From Azolla caroliniana (Eukaryota > Plantae > Polypodiophyta), in the NCBI GenBank assembly GCA_043228905.1, contig JBHGNT010000039.1:186001-250000 (forward strand): DNA of 64,000 nt, read 5' to 3'. The notes beneath the pieces were generated by a model, which was not told where the DNA came from, did no database searches, and was given only the letters and a program-made list of their open reading frames with translations. A program made the translations under genes and the position numbers. Below are positions 55,800 through 64,000 of this stretch, piece after piece. How positions within the stretch are numbered: the stretch's first letter is position 1; every line of letters starts with the position of its first letter.

Positions 55800-58700
55800 T
55801 TGCTAATTTCGTCATGTCTCTCGACCTTAGTTTCAAAATCTTGATTTTTTAATTCTATATCATAGCTAGCGTTGTTAGCTTCGATTCGCATGTTTGAACA
55901 CAAAAATCCGATATCACACGAGTTAGGTATCAACATTTTTATTTACTCAAGGGTTCCTCTCAACTCCCTCGTCAAGGTTGCTAATTTCGTCATATCTCTC
56001 GACCTGAGTTTCAAAATCTTGATTTTTTAAATCCATATCATAGCTAGCGTCGTTGGCTTCGATTCGCATGTTTGAACACAAAAATCCGATATCACACGAG
56101 CCAGGTATGCATATTGTAATTTACCTACTAGCTCTTCTCAACTCCCTCCTCAAATTTGCTAATTTCGTCATGTCTCTCGACCTTAGTTTCAAAATCTTGA
56201 TTTTTTAATTCCATATCATAGCTAGCGTTGTTAGCTTCGATTCGCATGTTTGAACACAAAAATCCGATATCACACGAGCTAGGTATGAACATTTTTATTT
56301 ACTCAAGGGTTCCTCTCAACTCCCTCGTCAAGGTTGCTAATTTCGTCATACCTCTCGACCTGAGTTTCAAAATCTTGATTTTTTAAATCCATATCATAGC
56401 TAGCGTTGTTGGCTTCGATTCGCATGTTTGAACACAAAAATCTGATATCACACGAGCCAGGTATGAACATTGTAATTTACCTACTAGCTCTTCTCAACTC
56501 CCTCCTCAAATTTGGTAATTTCGTCATGTCTCTCGACCTTAGTTTCAAAATCTTGATTTTTTAATTCCATATCATAGCTAGCGTTGTTAGCTTCGATTCG
56601 CATGTTTGAACACAAAAATCCGATATCACACGAGCTAGGTATGAACATTTTTATTTACTCAAATTGCTAATTTCGTCATGTCTCTCGACGTTAGTTTCAA
56701 AATCTTGCTTTTTTAATTCTATATCATAGCTAGCGTTGTTAGCTTCGATTCGCATGTTTGAACACAAAAATCCGATATCACACGAGTTAGGTATCAACAT
56801 TTTTATTTACTCAAGGGTTCCTCTCAACTCTCTCGTCAAGGTTGCTAATTTCGTCATATCTCTCGACCTGAGTTTCAAAATCTTGATTTTTTAATTCCAT
56901 ATCATAGCTAGCGTTGTTAGCTTCGATTCGCATGTTTGAACACAAAAATCCGATATCACACGAGCCAGGTATGAACATTTTTATTTACTCAAGGGTTCCT
57001 CTCAACTCCCTCGTCAAGGTTGCTAATTTCGTCATATCTCTCGACCTGAGTTTCAAAATCTTGATTTTTTAAATCCATATCATAGCTAGCGTTGTTGGCT
57101 TCGATTCGCATGTTTGAACACAAAAATCCGATATCACACGATCCAGGTATGAACATTGTAATTTACCTACTAGCCCTTCTCAACTCCCTCGTCAAGGTTG
57201 CTAATTTCGTCATATCTCTCGACCTGAGTTTCAAAATCTTGATTTTTTAAATCCATATCATAGCTAGCGTCGTTGGCTTCGATTCGCATGTTTGAACACA
57301 AAAATCCGATATCACACGAGCCAGGTATGCATATTGTAATTTACCTACTAGCTCTTCTCAACTCCCTCCTCAAATTTGCTAATTTCGTCATGTCTCTCGA
57401 CCTTAGTTTCAAAATCTTGATTTTTTAATTCCATATCATAGCTAGCGTTGTTAGCTTCGATTCGCATGTTTGAACACAAAAATCCGATATCACACGAGCT
57501 AGGTATGAACATTTTTATTTACTCAAGGGTTCCTCTCAACTCCCTCGTCAAAATTGCTAATTTCGTCATACCTCTCGACCTGAGTTTCAAAATCTTGATT
57601 TTTTAAATCCATATCATAGCTAGCGTTGTTGGCTTCGATTCGCATGTTTGAACACAAAAATCTGATATCACACGAGCCAGGTATGAACATTTTAATTTAC
57701 CTACTAGCTCTTCTCAACTCCCTCCTCAAATTTGGTAATTTCGTCATGTCTCTCGACCTTAGTTTCAAAATCTTGATTTTTTAATTCCATATCATAGCTA
57801 GCGTTGTTAGCTTCGATTCGCATGTTTGAACACAAAAATCCGATATCACACGAGCTAGGTATGAACATTTTTATTTACTCAAGGGCTCCTCTTAACTCCC
57901 TCGTCAAGGTTGCTAATTTCGTCATGTCTCTCGACGTTAGTTTCAAAATCTTGATTTTTTAATTCTATATCATAGCTAGCGTTGTTAGCTTCGATTCGCA
58001 TGTTGGAACACCAAAATCCGATATCACACGAGTTAGGTATCAACATTTTTATTTACTCAAGGGTTCCTCTCAACTCCCTCGTCAAGGTTGCTAATTTCGT
58101 CATATCTCTCGACCTGAGTTTCAAAATCTTGATTTTTTAAATCCATATCATAGCTAGCGTCGTTGGCTTCGATTCGCATGTTTGAACACAAAAATCCGAT
58201 ATCACACGAGCCAGGTATGCATATTGTAATTTACCTACTAGCTCTTCTCAACTCCCTCCTCAAATTTGCTAATTTCGTCATGTCTCTCGACCTTAGTTTC
58301 AAAATCTTGATTTTTTAATTCCATATCATAGCTAGCGTTGTTAGCTTCGATTCGCATGTTTGAACACAAAAATCCGATATCACACGAGCTAGGTATGAAC
58401 ATTTTTATTTACTCAAGGGTTCCTCTCAACTCCCTCGTCAAGGTTGCTAATTTCGTCATACCTCTCGACCTGAGTTTCAAAATCTTGATTTTTTAAATCC
58501 ATATCATAGCTAGCGTTGTTGGCTTCGATTCGCATGTTTGAACACAAAAATCTGATATCACACGAGCCAGGTATGAACATTGTAATTTACCTACTAGCTC
58601 TTCTCAACTCCCTCCTCAAATTTGGTAATTTCGTCATGTCTCTCGACCTTAGTTTCAAAATCTTGATTTTTTAATTCCATATCATAGCTAGCGTTGTTAG

Positions 58701-61700
58701 CTTCGATTCGCATGTTTGAACACAAAAATCCGATATCACACGAGCTAGGTATGAACATTTTTATTTACTCAAGGGCTCCTCTTAACTCCCTCGTCAAGGT
58801 TGCTAATTTCGTCATGTCTCTCGACGTTAGTTTCAAAATCTTGCTTTTTTAATTCTATATCATAGCTAGCGTTGTTAGCTTCGATTCGCATGTTTGAACA
58901 CAAAAATCCGATATCACACGAGTTAGGTATCAACATTTTTATTTACTCAAGGGTTCCTCTCAACTCTCTCGTCAAGGTTGCTAATTTCGTCATATCTCTC
59001 GACCTGAGTTTCAAAATCTTGATTTTTTAATTCCATATCATAGCTAGCGTTGTTAGCTTCGATTCGCATGTTTGAACACAAAAATCCGATATCACACGAG
59101 CCAGGTATGAACATTTTTATTTACTCAAGGGTTCCTCTCAACTCCCTCGTCAAGGTTGCTAATTTCGTCATATCTCTCGACCTGAGTTTCAAAATCTTGA
59201 TTTTTTAAATCCATATCATAGCTAGCGTTGTTGGCTTCGATTCGCATGTTTGAACACAAAAATCCGATATCACACGATCCAGGTATGAACATTGTAATTT
59301 ACCTACTAGCCCTTCTCAACTCCCTCGTCAAGGTTGCTAATTTCGTCATATCTCTCGACCTGAGTTTCAAAATCTTGATTTTTTAAATCCATATCATAGC
59401 TAGCGTCGTTGGCTTCGATTCGCATGTTTGAACACAAAAATCCGATATCACACGAGCCAGGTATGCATATTGTAATTTACCTACTAGCTCTTCTCAACTC
59501 CCTCCTCAAATTTGCTAATTTCGTCATGTCTCTCGACCTTAGTTTCAAAATCTTGATTTTTTAATTCCATATCATAGCTAGCGTTGTTAGCTTCGATTCG
59601 CATGTTTGAACACAAAAATCCGATATCACACGAGCTAGGTATGAACATTTTTATTTACTCAAGGGTTCCTCTCAACTCCCTCGTCAAAATTGCTAATTTC
59701 GTCATACCTCTCGACCTGAGTTTCAAAATCTTGATTTTTTAAATCCATATCATAGCTAGCGTTGTTGGCTTCGATTCGCATGTTTGAACACAAAAATCTG
59801 ATATCACACGAGCCAGGTATGAACATTTTAATTTACCTACTAGCTCTTCTCAACTCCCTCCTCAAATTTGGTAATTTCGTCATGTCTCTCGACCTTAGTT
59901 TCAAAATCTTGATTTTTTAATTCCATATCATAGCTAGCGTTGTTAGCTTCGATTCGCATGTTTGAACACAAAAATCCGATATCACACGAGCTAGGTATGA
60001 ACATTTTTATTTACTCAAGGGCTCCTCTTAACTCCCTCGTCAAGGTTGCTAATTTCGTCATGTCTCTCGACGTTAGTTTCAAAATCTTGATTTTTTAATT
60101 CTATATCATAGCTAGCGTTGTTAGCTTCGATTCGCATGTTGGAACACCAAAATCCGATATCACACGAGTTAGGTATCAACATTTTTATTTACTCAAGGGT
60201 TCCTCTCAACTCCCTCGTCAAGGTTGCTAATTTCGTCATATCTCTCGACCTGAGTTTCAAAATCTTGATTTTTTAAATCCATATCATAGCTAGCGTCGTT
60301 GGCTTCGATTCGCATGTTTGAACACAAAAATCCGATATCACACGAGCCAGGTATGCATATTGTAATTTACCTACTAGCTCTTCTCAACTCCCTCCTCAAA
60401 TTTGCTAATTTCGTCATGTCTCTCGACCTTAGTTTCAAAATCTTGATTTTTTAATTCCATATCATAGCTAGCGTTGTTAGCTTCGATTCGCATGTTTGAA
60501 CACAAAAATCCGATATCACACGAGCTAGGTATGAACATTTTTATTTACTCAAGGGTTCCTCTCAACTCCCTCGTCAAGGTTGCTAATTTCGTCATACCTC
60601 TCGACCTGAGTTTCAAAATCTTGATTTTTTAAATCCATATCATAGCTAGCGTTGTTGGCTTCGATTCGCATGTTTGAACACAAAAATCTGATATCACACG
60701 AGCCAGGTATGAACATTGTAATTTACCTACTAGCTCTTCTCAACTCCCTCCTCAAATTTGGTAATTTCGTCATGTCTCTCGACCTTAGTTTCAAAATCTT
60801 GATTTTTTAATTCCATATCATAGCTAGCGTTGTTAGCTTCGATTCGCATGTTTGAACACAAAAATCCGATATCACACGAGCTAGGTATGAACATTTTTAT
60901 TTACTCAAGGGCTCCTCTTAACTCCCTCGTCAAGGTTGCTAATTTCGTCATGTCTCTCGACGTTAGTTTCAAAATCTTGATTTTTTAATTCTATATCATA
61001 GCTAGCGTTGTTAGCTTCGATTCGCATGTTTGAACACAAAAATCCGATATCACACGAGTTAGGTATCAACATTTTTATTTACTCAAGGGTTCCTCTCAAC
61101 TCTCTCGTCAAGGTTGCTAATTTCGTCATATCTCTCGACCTGAGTTTCAAAATCTTGATTTTTTAATTCCATATCATAGCTAGCGTTGTTAGCTTCGATT
61201 CGCATGTTTGAACACAAAAATCCGATATCACACGAGCCAGGTATGAACATTTTTATTTACTCAAGGGTTCCTCTCAACTCCCTCGTCAAGGTTGCTAATT
61301 TCGTCATATCTCTCGACCTGAGTTTCAAAATCTTGATTTTTTAAATCCATATCATAGCTAGCGTTGTTGGCTTCGATTCGCATGTTTGAACACAAAAATC
61401 CGATATCACACGATCCAGGTATGAACATTGTAATTTACCTACTAGCCCTTCTCAACTCCCTCGTCAAGGTTGCTAATTTCGTCATATCTCTCGACCTGAG
61501 TTTCAAAATCTTGATTTTTTAAATCCATATCATAGCTAGCGTCGTTGGCTTCGATTCGCATGTTTGAACACAAAAATCCGATATCACACGAGCCAGGTAT
61601 GCATATTGTAATTTACCTACTAGCTCTTCTCAACTCCCTCCTCAAATTTGCTAATTTCGTCATGTCTCTCGACCTTAGTTTCAAAATCTTGATTTTTTAA

Positions 61701-64000
61701 TTCCATATCATAGCTAGCGTTGTTAGCTTCGATTCGCATGTTTGAACACAAAAATCCGATATCACACGAGCTAGGTATGAACATTTTTATTTACTCAAGG
61801 GTTCCTCTCAACTCCCTCGTCAAAATTGCTAATTTCGTCATACCTCTCGACCTGAGTTTCAAAATCTTGATTTTTTAAATCCATATCATAGCTAGCGTTG
61901 TTGGCTTCGATTCGCATGTTTGAACACAAAAATCTGATATCACACGAGCCAGGTATGAACATTGTAATTTACCTACTAGCTCTTCTCAACTCCCTCCTCA
62001 AATTTGGTAATTTCGTCATGTCTCTCGACCTTAGTTTCAAAATCTTGATTTTTTAATTCCATATCATAGCTAGCGTTGTTAGCTTCGATTCGCATGTTTG
62101 AACACAAAAATCCGATATCACACGAGCTAGGTATGAACATTTTTATTTACTCAAGGGCTCCTCTTAACTCCCTCGTCAAGGTTGCTAATTTCGTCATGTC
62201 TCTCGACGTTAGTTTCAAAATCTTGATTTTTTAATTCTATATCATAGCTAGCGTTGTTAGCTTCGATTCGCATGTTTGAACACAAAAATCCGATATCACA
62301 CGAGTTAGGTATCAACATTTTTATTTACTCAAGGGTTCCTCTCAACTCCCTCGTCAAGGTTGCTAATTTCGTCATATCTCTCGACCTGAGTTTCAAAATC
62401 TTGATTTTTTAAATCCATATCATAGCTAGCGTCGTTGGCTTCGATTCGCATGTTTGAACACAAAAATCCGATATCACACGAGCCAGGTATGCATATTGTA
62501 ATTTACTTACTAGCTCTTCTCAACTCCCTCCTCAAATTTGCTAATTTCGTCATGTCTCTCGACCTTAGTTTCAAAATCTTGATTTTTTAATTCCATATCA
62601 TAGCTAGCGTTGTTAGCTTCGATTCGCATGTTTGAACACAAAAATCCGATATCACACGAGCTAGGTATGAACATTTTTATTTACTCAAGGGTTCCTCTCA
62701 ACTCCCTCGTCAAGGTTGCTAATTTCGTCATACCTCTCGACCTGAGTTTCAAAATCTTGATTTTTTAAATCCATATCATAGCTAGCGTTGTTGGCTTCGA
62801 TTCGCATGTTTGAACACAAAAATCTGATATCACACGAGCCAGGTATGAACATTGTAATTTACCTACTAGCTCTTCTCAACTCCCTCCTCAAATTTGGTAA
62901 TTTCGTCATGTCTCTCGACCTTAGTTTCAAAATCTTGATTTTTTAATTCCATATCATAGCTAGCGTTGTTAGCTTCGATTCGCATGTTTGAACACAAAAA
63001 TCCGATATCACACGAGCTAGGTATGAACATTTTTATTTACTCAAGGGCTCCTCTTAACTCCCTCGTCAAGGTTGCTAATTTCGTCATGTCTCTCGACGTT
63101 AGTTTCAAAATCTTGCTTTTTTAATTCTATATCATAGCTAGCGTTGTTAGCTTCGATTCGCATGTTTGAACACAAAAATCCGATATCACACGAGTTAGGT
63201 ATCAACATTTTTATTTACTCAAGGGTTCCTCTCAACTCTCTCGTCAAGGTTGCTAATTTCGTCATATCTCTCGACCTGAGTTTCAAAATCTTGATTTTTT
63301 AATTCCATATCATAGCTAGCGTTGTTAGCTTCGATTCGCATGTTTGAACACAAAAATCCGATATCACACGAGCCAGGTATGAACATTTTTATTTACTCAA
63401 GGGTTCCTCTCAACTCCCTCGTCAAGGTTGCTAATTTCGTCATATCTCTCGACCTGAGTTTCAAAATCTTGATTTTTTAAATCCATATCATAGCTAGCGT
63501 TGTTGGCTTCGATTCGCATGTTTGAACACAAAAATCCGATATCACACGATCCAGGTATGAACATTGTAATTTACCTACTAGCCCTTCTCAACTCCCTCGT
63601 CAAGGTTGCTAATTTCGTCATATCTCTCGACCTGAGTTTCAAAATCTTGATTTTTTAAATCCATATCATAGCTAGCGTCGTTGGCTTCGATTCGCATGTT
63701 TGAACACAAAAATCCGATATCACACGAGCCAGGTATGCATATTGTAATTTACCTACTAGCTCTTCTCAACTCCCTCCTCAAATTTGCTAATTTCGTCATG
63801 TCTCTCGACCTTAGTTTCAAAATCTTGATTTTTTAATTCCATATCATAGCTAGCGTTGTTAGCTTCGATTCGCATGTTTGAACACAAAAATCCGATATCA
63901 CACGAGCTAGGTATGAACATTTTTATTTACTCAAGGGTTCCTCTCAACTCCCTCGTCAAAATTGCTAATTTCGTCATACCTCTCGACCTGAGTTTCAAAA
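55800..64000. repeat. 12-monomer higher-order repeat (2136 bp = 7-mer 1246 + 5-mer 890), about 3.8 copies, running off the window end
   Basis: GCATATTG at 56109, 57329, 58219, 59465, 60355, 61601, 62491, 63737 (gaps 1220, 890, 1246, 890, 1246, 890, 1246). The ATCC of CACGATCC at 57141, 59277, 61413, 63549 (2136 each). Confidence 0.95.

Larger units (their letters stand above)
1..64000. repeat. Tandem satellite DNA array, 178-bp monomer (179 bp in T7 or GAACCAATTT/GAACTAATTT variants), about 359 copies, single orientation; centromeric/pericentromeric-type
   Basis: TCAAAATCTTGATTTTTTAA starts at 1, 179, 357 and recurs at about 178-bp period to the window end. No non-repeat sequence or strand switch was seen. 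A centromeric role is inferred only from monomer size and HOR structure. Confidence 0.98.

Noticed and set aside
1-64000. CRISPR-like alternation of a conserved segment and a variable segment
   Set aside because: The variable halves are homologous to each other with only a few alleles, so they are not unique spacers. The unit is far too long, and there are no cas genes or leader.
1-64000. Tandem 5S rRNA, tRNA, snRNA or telomeric array
   Set aside because: No recognisable 5S, tRNA or snRNA conserved motifs and no telomeric repeat in the monomer.
1-64000. Assignment to Arabidopsis CEN178 because of the identical length
   Set aside because: The sequence does not match the CEN178 consensus as I recall it, and length alone is not diagnostic.

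Overview
The whole 64-kb window is one uninterrupted, head-to-tail, single-orientation satellite array of about 359 copies of a 178-bp monomer (about 37% GC by hand count of the consensus). Approximate consensus: TCAAAATCTTGATTTTTTAATTCCATATCATAGCTAGCGTTGTTAGCTTCGATTCGCATGTTTGAACACAAAAATCCGATATCACACGAGCTAGGTATGAACATTTTAATTTACTCAAGGGCTCCTCTCAACTCCCTCCTCAAATTTGCTAATTTCGTCATGTCTCTCGACCTTAGTT. I saw no genes, RNA genes, transposon insertions, inversions or unique sequence; all listed ORFs are chance read-throughs of the monomer. Monomer length and organisation resemble a eukaryotic, probably plant, centromeric or pericentromeric satellite, but I cannot name the family or species. The information lies in the variant pattern. 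Rare diagnostic substitutions and indels, tracked by eye, reveal a patchwork of local, nested higher-order repeats and block duplications (2-, 3-, 5-, 6-, 7-, 10-, 12-, 17-, 21- and about 34-mers). They also show microhomology-flanked deletions, a divergent monomer pair copied 14.4 kb away, a subfamily boundary near 16 kb and a CpG-deamination signature. I found no evidence for a novel protein-coding system. Offsets are exact between the marker positions quoted; block edges are approximate to within about one monomer.
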